Shown piece after piece: positions 36,157 to 48,300 of a stretch of DNA of 64,000 bases. The translations under genes and the position numbers were made by a program. The notes under the pieces were generated by a model that saw nothing but the letters and a program-made list of their open reading frames with translations, was not told the origin of the DNA and did no database searches. How positions within the stretch are numbered: the first letter of the stretch is position 1; each line of letters opens with the position of its first letter. Origin of the DNA: Lophium mytilinum (taxonomy: Eukaryota); contig MU004186.1 of the NCBI GenBank assembly GCA_010093605.1, positions 699,765 through 763,764 on the forward strand, written 5' to 3'.

Positions 36157-39100
36157 CTACCTGCCGAATCTTGGCAATTGGCGGAAGCGCTTAGTCGGCG
36201 AATACCCTCCGTCCTCAGTCGCCCCATCATGGCTGGATACGCTCTCACAGTAAGCGCGCTTGCTGTGGGGAGAAGGCGTACAAGCAGACTGGGTAACGCT
36301 AGGTCTAATTCGAATTGGGTTGTTCTCGCTGGTCCCTAGACCCGAATTCTGAACTGGACCTTGATCTCGAAGCTGTGGCCTTTCTCGAGGCCTCGGCGTC
36401 GAGCCGTAAAGACTATCATGACTTGCAGCCCTGTCTTCATGTGCACTGCCATTGACACCTACAGCAGCAAGGCGGTTCGCTATGGTAGGTTTGGCTATCA
36501 CGGTAGCTGGAGCTTTGGTGGTGGTGAAGGTGGTAGGCTTTGAAGAGCGGGATTCTCGAAGCTCCTTCAGTTTTTCATTGCGAGCTGAAAGGGTGAGCAT
36601 GCAGTGCTCCATCTCTTGCAAGGCAATAGCGGCGGATTTGGCGGTGACCTGGTAGTCACTATCGGCGGGTGTCTCAACTTCAGTGACTGGCGCCTGGGAA
36701 CGTGCAAAAAAGCCTCTTTGGCCGTTGCCGTTAATCGCGCGAAACCAGTCGTGGTCACCAGGGAAGGCGCCCCAGCCAAGGTCCTTGCGATCAATTTGTG
36801 TGTCAAACAAAATTCCTAGGTGATGTTAGTGGCATTACAAGTGGCCAAGATGACTTTGCATAAAACAATGGAACTACAAACTTACTCCATGTTGCATCAG
36901 TGTTCATAAATTTGAAAGCTTCTTGTGCTTTCGTATTGTAGTCTCTGAGCTGACTCAGGACGTCATCGATATCCGAAACATCTTTATCGGGAGTTACTCT
37001 AACTGGAGGAGAGGGCGGAGTACGTTCAAGTGTTGCTGACTCCGGGGACGAGTGTCTAGTTGACGCACGACTTGAAATATGGGGACCCTCGATTGGAGTT
37101 TGCGAGCCTGGAGAGAAAGGATCGGACATGTCGACATCAGAGTCGGATGATGAATCTCCGGATGATATATCGACGATGTCATAATCTAAAGGCTCAACCT
37201 TCAGACCTGCAGCTTCTGTTTCTTCAGCATTGAGGGGCCGTTTACCCGGGGGAGGAACGGCGTAAAATGAGCCATGCTCGGTCGTACAGATCATGGGGAA
37301 GTAGAAATGATCTGCGCTAAGATTTTCGAACACCGCTTTCCGACATGTAGGAGGGATTATCTGCCTGGGACAGTCGCAGGGCTCTATGCACTATTAGAAC
37401 TGGGCGCATTTTCTCCTTGGAGACAAATCATGCATGATGACACAGGGAAGAGACTCAAGGTTCGCTTACCTTCAGATCCCCTATACAAAGATATCTTCCG
37501 CTTATCTCTACATGTATCCGTACGATGAAGAATGACTAATTTCTGCTGATTGGAATGACCTGGTATCATAGCTAGCGGTCCAGACGATTTCCATTTGACC
37601 ATCAAAGCTTGAGGTTTGACACTCAGCGTCACTGCGCGAACCATCTGGGGGATCCGAATGGAACTAATGCTTTCTAGACGAATCTTGAGTTCCTTGACGG
37701 AAGTGCTGTGAGTGTCTTCGGCGGACAGCTCGTCTATCATAATCCTGAACAGGGAGGCAGCTGCATGGTCGCAGAGGAAGAGGTCGTGGAGAAGATACAA
37801 CTTGGTGTCATCTTGGTTCAAAACGCACGATGTATGCTCATGGGCTCCATCGAATGTTAGCCATTTGTCATTTATTTTCCACTCTTTTCCTTCTCTCTCT
37901 TTCCCTGCTCTCTCTTTTCCTTCTCTCAAGTAGATGACGTCGAGGCCTAGATCTCCCGTGTTTACAAATTTAAACTTCATGTCGCTAGTAGCTGGGTCGG
38001 AGTGGAGGCAAGCTGCAAGAGTTTGCAGCATGTGCTTTGCGAAACAAGTGGCGTTCGAAAGATCGGAGAGGGCCGCTTTGTGGAATCTGTGGTAGCGCTC
38101 CTCATCTGGCGTGCGGCACAGTTTGTGATGGCGGAACATATCCCACAGACGCTTTCCAACGTTGACCGGCTCGAGCTTCAGGCAATCTCGAATTATGCTA
38201 GCCGCCTATACACGAGTCAGCTGAGCAAAGTCCACGGTCAATCATTTTACAGCACTAACGTCGGAGCTGCTATCAGCTTGATTGTAGTAGAACGGAGCTT
38301 TTCCATTTCGATAATTGACTGGACTGAGCTTGTATGTCCACACTTTCTTGACTGTGGACCGTGAGGCATAGCTGTCAGCGTCGTGAACATCCGCATAGCG
38401 TTTGCATCCGCTAAACGACTCTTCTAAAAGCTGCGTGTATTTCGCAACAAGCGAAGTTTCAGTGAGGATGTCTCCGTCAGCGCTCAGCGCCTCTCCCCAG
38501 ATTCCTGCAATTATACTAGCCTCTTCGTGTGCAAACGTCATGCTGGCTCTGTCCAGACTCGTCTCACCGTTCCGGAAGTTGTACCCGTATCTCAAGGGCT
38601 TCCCGCTAACGCTTGCGTTAGGTAGTAGTAACCCCTTTAAGTAGGCCTTGTTCACGTATTCGAGAATCAGGTCGCCTTCCCGGGTTCGTATAATGTTTGT
38701 CGGGGGCGCTATGTCAATCGAAACTTCGAGCCAATTTTTGAAGTCGGAAAGATGGATCTTATCACTCTTCTTCTTCCTCTTATCCTGCTCGTCTTGCGTT
38801 CTTTCGCTGCGACCGCTCCCAATCAGCACGGCGACATCTTCCCAGATATTGGCCTTCAATCCTCGAGGCTTGCCTTCGTTCTTGCGATCCTCCTCTTTTG
38901 TTTTCAGTCTTCGTAAAGTGTCTTCTTTCTCTTTTGTTAGACTGCATGTTAATTCTACTTTGGAATTGAACTTAAAATTCCACTTGAAGCATGAACTGAG
39001 TATCCGAACAGTGTGGTTTTGGGGATATCTTCGCATTGCCAGAGCCGCAATCTTCATACCCTCACCATATTGACCGCTCTGTGTTCCGTCGTTATGGGCT

Positions 39101-39574
39101 TTTGTCGTCCCGCCTGTCTTCAAATGGTCCTTATGGAGAGAAGCGTTGAAGTTCACAATCTGCAGGGTGCCAAGTTCGTTCTTGTCCCACTTGAACTGGA
39201 TATATCCCATAAGGCATTTCGTGTGAGGGTTTATGGCCCTGATGATGATTTGAGTCTTCAGCGTCTGCTTCTCTGTACGGAAGTCAGACAGGTTAATGTT
39301 GAAACTACGCACGATGCCATCACGCCTGTCGATTGTTATGGTCTGATCTCCATGTGCGGTAAGTGACTGACCAGTTCTGATAGAACTCTCGGAAAGCTTC
39401 TTTGCCCTTCCAGGATTTCCGGTAGTCGTTTCCGTAGTTTAGACCCTTGGACGTCGATGTCCTGGAAACATCAAACCCATTTTCATCCACCAGAGCGAAG
39501 TCCTCGTTGTCGGAGGCAACTGAAGACTCAATGCCATCATAGAGTTCATCGAAAGCATCCGGGTTCTCTGCCAT
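36157..39574 (-). CDS. Uncharacterised GHKL/HATPase-fold protein, paralogue B (~1053 aa)
   Basis: Exons 39574-39372, 39325-38260, 38205-37470, 37383-36886 and 36815-36157 sum to 3162 nt in frame. WKGKEAFREFYQNWRDG, GGTTK...GQYGEGMKIAALAM, GYNF...LDR, FPGDHDW, SPTKRFR. Confidence 0.8.
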
Positions 39575-40040
39575 ATGTACGAACCGTCCGTAGACAGTGA
39601 TTTAGATACTATATAGGAATACGACCGGCTTAGACAAACACTGGAAAAATCTTGTCAGCCGCTATGAAGGACTTAAAATACGTGATTCCCTCACCAATAC
39701 ACTACTGTCCTTGGAAGAAGTCCAGATCAAGGTCAATCAACGCGATATGTAGTGACAGTGCGACGCAGCCTTCAACAGGCGTACAACCTCTCCTCGGCGG
39801 GCCACAAGTATGAAGTTGAAAGGAGCAAGTTCTTCGGTTGAGGATCGTGATACAGCAGCCTTCACGAGTGGGTTCGGGCTCTGATGAAGCGACAGGTGAG
39901 TTTGAAATTAGGAGGGATTGGGCAGCAGGCAGAAGGGAAGTGAGATGACGGCTGAGGGGCATGACGGGCTACCTGCAGCTACCTACATACAATCACTCTG
40001 GTTGCTGTGCCGCATTAGGCGCTGTGACCTCTAAGCGCCC

Positions 40041-40178
40041 CCCTAACCCTAACCCTAACCCCTCCGTTGGGCACTTCGCGTACAGTTGAGAATTTGGCGT
40101 ACAGTTGAGCATTTGGCTTACAGTTGAGCATTTGCGTACAGTTGGGCAAACGGTTAGAACGCGAAGTCGCGAAACCCC
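40041..40178. repeat. Interstitial telomeric repeat (CCCTAA)3 plus 18-19-bp tandem array; possible transposon-end relic
   Basis: CCCTAA x3 at 40041-40058. TACAGTTG(A/G)G units start at 40081, 40100, 40119 and 40137. The array is bracketed by inverted ACTTCGCGT (40073-40081) / ACGCGAAGT (40159-40167). Confidence 0.85.
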
Positions 40179-41135
40179 GTGACTACCACGTTATTGAATC
40201 AAATGGCCGCCCCATCCAATCAAATAGCCGCGTCATTCTGCTGTCTTATTCATCATGATCTCTCGAGCTTCTGCGTACTCCTCAAGATGGTTGAGAGCGC
40301 CATACCACGCCGCCCTCTGACACAATCTCTAGTCATGACAGAACCTATTCCGGCGGAAGCAAACATTCATGCAGCCACTTGTTTCATAGTAGATATCACC
40401 CGTCCGTCATTGGCTTCGACTGACGCAGGAGGCTGCGCGGATGCTGTAACTTTCCGCATCCCTGTCTGTCCGAGTCTCAGCCTTGGGACGTGCTGGCTGA
40501 GGGAGGTGATCATTGTTGCGCACACTGGCTTGGGCAATGACTGAATCTAAAGCAACTTTCGAATACGAACGATGTCGAGCTTGCAAATCGGGAATTATTC
40601 CGTCGTAGTTGGAGGAAGGAGACCTAGAGATGAAGTGTGAAGTTGGGACAGGACGTGCGCTGAACCCAAGCCCGTGACTTTATTGGGGGTTCGAAAACAC
40701 GAAGTGGGACAATCTATCCTAGACTTATCTTGGATCTCAGGAAACCTTCTCTCCATGTTCGTACTACTTTCATTAGGCATTCTCACTTCCTCTAGCATGT
40801 CAAAGTCACATGAGCCACGATATCTCACATTGGCGTCATCGTAGGTGTAGGCCATCTGACGTCCATAAAGCATCGGCAAAGACTAGCGAAATGATTTAAA
40901 GGTTTGCCATTCTACGCATTCTTCCACAGACCTTTTATAAAGGGTATATATAAAATCGTTTCAAGCAACAACGCACAAGAAAGAGAACCCACCTCCCAAT
41001 CTGCCCAAAAACCAAACTTGCAGCTCCATGAACCAGCCACGAGACCATATCAAAACCCCATATCAACCCCCAAACTCCTATCGCCGGGTATAATATCACC
41101 CTGCCCTCTCACACCACATCCCCGCCAGCCCCACA

Positions 41136-43300
41136 TCACCCCCCATAAGACCCCAGATTCCCCGTCACCGCCCTTGTCGCCAGAATCGTAATCCTCTTAT
41201 TATACAACTTCATCATATGGCACACCGGATCCCCAAACACAACCTGGCGCAGTGTCTGATCGTTAACCGTAACCGCCTCCACATCTTCCTGATCGCTGCT
41301 CCCTGGCCTCACCCTAAGCACCACAATCCGGCCAGCCGTAGAAAGAAAAGCCTCCGGGATCGTCCACGAGGGCGCAGGACCCGAGAAGGAGTTCGCCTTA
41401 CCGCCGAGCTGCAGCTGTGGCCTCTGTTTCTCCTTCCGCTTCGCGATCTTGCCCAGTCCGTTCGGCGTTAGTGCGATAGTGCTGACGTTCGCCATCTTCA
41501 GGTTGCCGATCTGGCTGACGCTGTTGCCGATACTGCAATTTGAGCCTGGCGCCGGGGTGGCGTAGAGCTTTAGTAGACTGCCGACTACATTTCTGTCCGC
41601 GCGGCACACAGGATCGCCCTCGTTGACGAAGCCGAAGAAGAGGCTCTTGGCGTGCCTCTTGCCCGGCGGCTTTTGGAGCGGGAGGAGGCTGACGGGTGGC
41701 GCGCCGAAGGTGATGCAGTGGACGCGTTTGAAGAAGCCGGTTAGGTAGGTGAGTTCAGAAGTGACGGTTTCGGAGAGCATGTGGGCGTATAGTAGCGCAG
41801 CAACGGCGCCTCCAGCAGAGTGGCCAGTGATGAGCAGAGAGGAGGCACTGCGTGAGGGATTCTCGGAGAGGAGGGTGCGGAGGCGGGCGGCTACGGGGGT
41901 AATCATTTGGCGGGCGACGTGGAGGAAGCCGCTGTGGCATTTGTTCCCGGGATCGTCCTGAAACTCCTTTTTAGCTTTGAAGTGGTGTTTGAGTGTATGA
42001 GGATAGGCAGCAAAGATTTGAAAATTGATAGTGTGCAAAGGCATCTTCAGACCCTTCTCGTATGTTTGATCGACAAAGTGATAAAAAAAATGAAAGTACA
42101 AAGCAGAATGCGAAGGTCTGAGAATCTAAAGCTTACCAAGAATCCAGTAGCCATCGAAGGCTCAGGTCGAAAATTGACAGCCCAATCCATGAACGTCTGG
42201 CTCCCTCTGATAGCGAAAACAACAGTGTTCATGTCATCGATAGGCAGGCTCTTCAGTACCATGGCTTTCGTGCCCTGCCGCCAATTGGCTTCGACGTGTG
42301 CCTCACGCTCCGATCCCGTCGGCCGTGAGTAAACATTCTCCGAGAACTGAGCCGCTAGACACAGGAGTGGGTAAGTTGGCATGTACCTAGAAACGCTTAG
42401 TAGCCATTACTGACAAAGATATGGAAATGTGCTTACACTTTGAGAGGTGGAAGATGCGGCGGCAACCTCGAGTTGGAATACAGCCAGACTTTAGAAAAGT
42501 AATTCGACCCAGAAACCTGACCCCGATTCGCAGTAGCACTTGGGTAGACATTGTGGATACCTCGAGTTTGCTCCGAAGGGAACGATGAGTCTGTAGGATA
42601 CTGCTCGTACACGACTACTTATCCATCAGCATACAGTTCCCATAGCGACTATCATGTGACAAGTCCACTTACTCAGCTCCTTCTCATCCCCACTAAAGCC
42701 CTCCCCATCAATCGACGTAATCACAGCATCGAACTTCGACGAAATAAGATCACACAGCGCGGCCCCTTGGTTCAGGTAGACAGTGCTCTTCGAGTGCAGA
42801 TTCCCTTGTAAATGACTAACAGAATTGGACGCCGCGTGCAGATTTCCTTGCAAATGACTAACAGAACTGGACGCCGCGTGCACGGGATGCTTGACGACGT
42901 TCAGCGACGATTTCCACTTGCTGTCCTTGTGCGGCAGCGTTGCTAGATGAGCTGTAGACTGATGGCTCGTCAGATACGGCCCGCTGTTCATCTGCGATGT
43001 CACCGGTCGCACGGGTAAGGAAGGCTGAGAAGGCTGCTGTTGCTGATACGGCTGCGTGTACGGCCTCGGACTCGCACTCCCTGACCAGCCCGAATATGGA
43101 GGCGTCGGTGCTGTTGCTTGATTCAAGACAAAAGCAGGAGTAGGTGGCATGAACACCGTGGATTGAGTTGACTGCACTGTTGCGCTTGATTGTGAAGGTT
43201 GGTACCCATTTGGCATTAGCATTGGCGCAGGCTGCGCAGGCTTTTTGGACCCATGCTTCTTCCGTCCCTTGAACTCTTTGCCTAGGAAATGGATCGGCAT
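41136..43300 (-). CDS. Fungal lipase class 3 family protein
   Basis: NSRLPPHLPPLKV|YMPTYPLL, VFAIRGSQTFMDWAVNF, CHSGFL, ITGHSAGG nucleophile motif, TFGAPP, NEGDPV. About four exons with a low-complexity N-terminus. Confidence 0.9.
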
Positions 43301-44445
43301 TGGTGACGGTAGTGCTGTGAGGGTTCTTTTTGCTTGAATGGCTTGGATAGCCTCGTGAGGATCATGCTTCTGCGCTCGCTACCAACGGTCCTGCGGTGGC
43401 CAAAGCGCGATTCTCTGCTTACTCGTGCTAGATAGCTATTAGGGGAAATTGAAAGAGATGGTTAGGAATGAAGGGCTGAGGCGGGAATTGTAAGTCAATA
43501 TAATGAGTGTGGTGCAGTGCATGAGATGTAGTTCAACTTCGGCGGCATAGCCACGCTGCCTTTACTGCTCCCGGCTCTCTGCTAGGCGCATTCCCGCACC
43601 GCTGTCGGGCCGGTGGCTATGATTAGACAAGATCAAAAACAAGCGTAGGACGAGGCGTCGACCGAGTTCCCAGGGGGGCACATCCAGCCTGTAATTGGCT
43701 CCCTCGTTCGCACAGTCAACCAATGCCTCCTTCGTGTGATGCAAACACCCAGCCAGCGCGGCCGATCACATGCAGCGCTGGTGCCCCTCACACCAGATCA
43801 TGCGAGTCACCAAGTTGCAGGTACCATATACATGCTAGGAACCTCGTGGTAGATAGATATTCCGTAGGTAAATTATTCCCGCCCTCAGCCCCAAACAAAC
43901 TGTTTTGTGCGCAAAAGCTTCTTTTAGACCCGCCTCAACGCCAGCTAGGAAATTCCAAGACCACAGTACACATACGGGGCATCGGACGTCGATGATAAAC
44001 GTACAGGGACGCAACATAAGAGACGAAAAAGCGCAAGTGAACAGGTTGTTCCACAGTGGGCCACCAGCCGGTAGGCAAACAAAGGCTTAACGATAACAGC
44101 AGAAATAAGAGGGTTCGAAGCCTAGCTATGCAACAGTCCTAGACAGGGGCCCCTGTTCCCAAACAATCAAGCCTAGCACGTTCTCCGCGTGCTGGTCCTC
44201 CGTGATCCCAGTGAAGAATAGTAGTAAAGTAGCGGCTTTGCAGAAACCCATATCACACTCATTTCGCCATCTTGCCTCAGCGGAGCCACTGCTGTTGCAG
44301 GTGCAGAGGCAATGCTACAGTCACTCTAGCCGATGAATTGGCATTCCCGATGGCGAAGTTCGTATCCTCCAGTCTATCCAACTAGAGTCGTATTCGATCC
44401 AAGGTCGTAAAAGATCCGAATCGGTTCATCAGTATTGAAGTTTCT

Positions 44446-46033
44446 CTAGAAGTCCATGAAAAGATGTTTGTGCCTGTAGGTAAACCTGTTAGCAAATATA
44501 AATGTTCGTCTTCTTAAGGATTTAACATACGGGTCATCACCAGCTTGCCCATATGCCTCTGTCTCTTCCGGGTATTTGTCAAACTGGCTTGAATCACCCA
44601 CACCAGCTCGCACCGGAGGCACGTATGGCGCATCAATGTCCTTCTTCGACAACCGCTCCCACGTCACCTCAGCGAACCAAGGGTGCTGCATAACTTCTCT
44701 GCTCCCCCCATGCAAGTTGCCTAGTCGCTTGGTGAGGTCGGGAGTAATGAGCTGTTGCAATAGATCTTGCGCATCGGGGTGGATGTATGGAGGGTATTTC
44801 ACTTTGCCCTTGAGGATATTTTCGTAAATCTTCATTGGCGATCCAGCGTCCCAGAAGGGTGTAAAACCGGAGAGCATTTCAAAGATGAGAATGCCAAGCG
44901 ACCACCTAAAAACAAAAGTTAGCGGATTCGATTTTCAGTTCAACAAGAATCATCCTACCAATCAACAGACTTGTTGTAGCCTTTCGAAGCAACAACCTCT
45001 GGTGCGAGATAGTCAGGCGTGCCACACAGCGTCCAGGTGATGTCTGGCACTTCTTTGGCGAATCCGAAATCGGTAATCTTGAGGTGGCCATGACGGTCCA
45101 ATAGCAAATTCTCAGGTTTCAAGTCGCGGTAGATGATGTTCATTCCATGGAGGTAGTCCAGCGCCAGAGTGACTTCGGCGGCGTAAAATTTGGCAACTGG
45201 GTTTGGAAAACGCTATTGAGGTTAGCAAAGACAGTCACATGCAACAAAGCGGCGGGGGCGGGGAGGCTCACTTGGGACTTGCGAAGCAGACTGAACAGTT
45301 CACCGCCCTCGACAAAGTCCATGACCATGTATAGATTCTTTGAGTCTTGGAAAGTGCCCCATAGGGTGATCAGAAATGGGTGTTTCACTTGTTGCAACAT
45401 CCGGCGTTCGTCGTTTGTGTGCTCCACCTGCTTCATTTTGACGACCTGCGCCTTCTTCAGGACCTTGACGGCATAGAAGCGCTGATTGTGCTTTGACTGC
45501 ACGAGATGGACTCTGCCAAAGCTACCCGTCCCGAGCGTTCTTTGGATCGTGAAGTCCGTAAGGGTGTATTTGCCCTTTGTCGTCCGCGCCACCTGCGGGA
45601 CCGGCTGGGTAGGCACGGGCGATATGGCGCCGCCATTTGAGGCATCATTCCTCTGTGATCTCTGCTGGGTGCCGGGCGAGGATGTAGTATTGTTTGGGTG
45701 GATGAGGTTCTGTATGCTTGGCAGGTTGTGCTGCGACTGCTGATAAGGTTCCGGGGTGGCTTGCGGCGTCGCATACGGCTGGGAATAGGTGGAGGGGTTC
45801 ATGGGGTCGGCGGACTTGGACGGGGCCGTCGAGGCCGTCGTGGAATGCGAGGCGGCGGCCGAGTCCTGGGTGGTGGTCGACTTGCCGACAGAGAAGGACC
45901 CAGAGGTCTTGGAGAGGGTCGGGGTAATGGGCGATGCCGTGTCTTTGACGGGCGAGGTCGGAGAGTCCAGGTCACGCGAGCCCGCGGAGTCCTTCGTCCT
46001 CTTCTTCTTCAAGAATGACCCGAGAGTAGGCAT
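44446..46033 (-). CDS. pkaC: cAMP-dependent protein kinase catalytic subunit
   Basis: [63 protein letters not shown]-terminal FMDF hydrophobic motif. Three introns. Confidence 0.97.
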
Positions 46034-46727
46034 AAGAGCGGCTTGCAGGAATGCACCCAGCCCAGGCCTGACCGGGGAGCCAGCGGACGTCTCTGGCGCT
46101 CAATGTACGGGGCGAGGAATGCGCGGGACTGGCGGAGTTCAGTAGCAGCGGTAGGGATGGCTAGCGATAGGAATTGGGGGCGAGGTTAGGGGAGTAAGGG
46201 CATGGGAGAGCGATCAGAGCGTTGGGGATGTGAGGCGGGTGGGCGAGTGGAGAGGTGATAGAGCTGCGGGGCCTGTGACGGCCTGCAGGCTGGGTGGGAG
46301 AGAGCTTGGTCGGGATGTGATGTACGCAGGGGGGCAGAACAGCCAGGCGCTTCCGTCAAAGAAAAGGCAGCCTTGCATCATAAAAAGCAAATCGCCATGC
46401 CCAGACGCTGCCCGCCGGAAGCGTTGATGGTGCATCGGACTCGCACACGCCGGGGCGACGAGGTGCATGGTGCTCTAGCAGCAGGCGGGCTTAGCACTGC
46501 AGCTAGGGACAGATAGGGTAGCCGTGATAGGTGCAAAATGAACGAAAATTTGAAGCGCAAACAGTATAGTACAGTACATCAGAGGCATCTCGTCGTTGAC
46601 CCGTATCCTGGCCGTGGGGATGCGCTATCCTGTCGACTCCGGCCACTCAAACGCCAGCCCATGCTCCCACAATACTCGAGACCCATATCAAGACCCATAT
46701 GCACAGCTCCGCGGCGCATCATCGCAT

Positions 46728-48050
46728 CTACAGGTCCTGCACCTGCAACTCTTCACTCTCTGCCCGTTGCTCCTCCCCCGGTCGTTGCTTTTCCTCTGGC
46801 ACCTCGTCCTGGCTCGCCTCCTCCGCCTGCAGCACAGGGGTCGTCCACGTCTCCAGGTCCAGACCGCAGATCTCCATTCGCCGCTCCCTGAAGGTATCGT
46901 ACAGCTTCGCCCAGACCGCTCCGGCTTCTTCGTTCTGCGGCCGGAGGCGAACGCGGTCGTAGTACGGCACGTCGTACTCAGGGCCTGGCAACTCGGGGTC
47001 CGAGAGTCGCACGTACGCTGTCGCCTCAATGAAGATGGTGGCATTGAAGCCGTCGATCGCGTCTCGCAGAGTCCCCGACTCGTAGACGAGGTTGCCCAGC
47101 GACAACGACCACGTTGAAAGCAGCGACTCCGGGGCCGCAAAGGATCTGCGGAAGAGATTGAGGTCTGTCATAGGCTCCGTTGCGCGCAACTCTCGTAGTT
47201 TGCGGTAATCGCTCACTGTTGGATGGACCAGGAAGAGCGATGTCGAGATGTCGTTCCTCTCCGATGTGGCCGGGAATGCCGCCAGCGGCTGTGATTTCGA
47301 AAACGCAAGTAAGGAATCAAGGGGACCTGCGTCTAATATGACTCCCGGAGCAGCTAAATGTATGACACGCTCGTAGTCCACCAACGAATAGATGCTCGCA
47401 AGGGAGTAGGAAGAAGGCAGAGAATCTTCGACACAAGTAAGTATGCGTACTTCCAGTTTGGGAGACATATATTACCATCACTCCCCTCAACAATCGTCTG
47501 CATGGGCATCAGCACAACACCATATCGCCGAGCCACCGCCCTCAGTAATCTTCGACTCGTCGTCAGAGAAGAACTCGGAGACTCTCCTTCTTTCTCCTGC
47601 AGCCATGCCCTTGGGAACAGCAGTATCCTCTTCGCGGGGCTCTTTAACCGATTCAGGTCGGCAAACACCATCATAGCGCTGCATAGCTCCACATGCTCCT
47701 TCACCACCTGGACATATCCCAACCTGCTCCAATCTATCGTCTGCTGGCTTATGTACTCGTGGAAATCGGCATCGGAGCCAACTCTCTGTCCAATCGGTCT
47801 TGCCCACTTGACATTCAAACTAGGCGCAGCGACGGGCTTCGGCGCGGGCAGTGGTTTGGGTAACCGCGGTTTTATGGCAGCTTGGAGGCTGTGAACCGTC
47901 CTCTGCTGAAGGACGTAGCCCGAGAGGAATAATATGAGCGTGAATAGAAGTACTGTGACATACATTAGCACTTGAATCGTAACTTCTGCGGGGAAAGGTA
48001 CCAATGGAAGAAGATATGGCCATTGAGACCTGGCCTTGGGTGAGCAGCAT
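46728..48050 (-). CDS. Type II membrane GT8-like (Gnt1-related) glycosyltransferase-fold protein
   Basis: MLLTQGQVSMAISSSI|VLLFTLILFLSGYVLQQ (TM), DWSRLGYVQ...CSAMMVFADLNRLKSPAKRILLFP, SLVDYERVI, YVRLSDPELPGP. Two introns. The DxD position appears degenerate (HLAAPG). Confidence 0.7.
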
Positions 48051-48300
48051 CCTTCAGCTCATCAAACTCGTCATAAAAGGGATCCGTACATTCCACAGCT
48101 CGTGCAAGACAGTCTTGAAGTTTCAAAATGACGCGGTGTCATGTTGGCGACGGCAGGGCGGGCTGTTTACGGCCTCTCCCGTGTTGCTCGAGCAACGCGC
48201 CGCACGTGAAGGTCTTGGCATCAAATCTAATTCACGACCACCGCTTTAACTCCACCTAAAAGCCACCCCCCCTCAAGCTCCAACCTCCCGCCCTGCCACG

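Noticed and set aside
32432..39574. Calling the pair Hsp90, MutL, topoisomerase II or a histidine kinase
   Set aside because: Only the N-box and lid motifs match. Family-specific signatures (MEEVD, GFRGEAL, TOPRIM, H-box/receiver) are absent.
40041..40058. True chromosome end
   Set aside because: Only three units, flanked on both sides by ordinary genes.
40081..40146. Short direct repeats resembling a CRISPR array
   Set aside because: Eukaryotic DNA, no unique spacers and no cas genes; it is a simple tandem array.
40179..40879. ORFs 40179-40544 (+) and 40595-40879 (-) as a transposase next to the repeat element
   Set aside because: Short, with no DDE, HTH or Zn-finger motifs recognisable.
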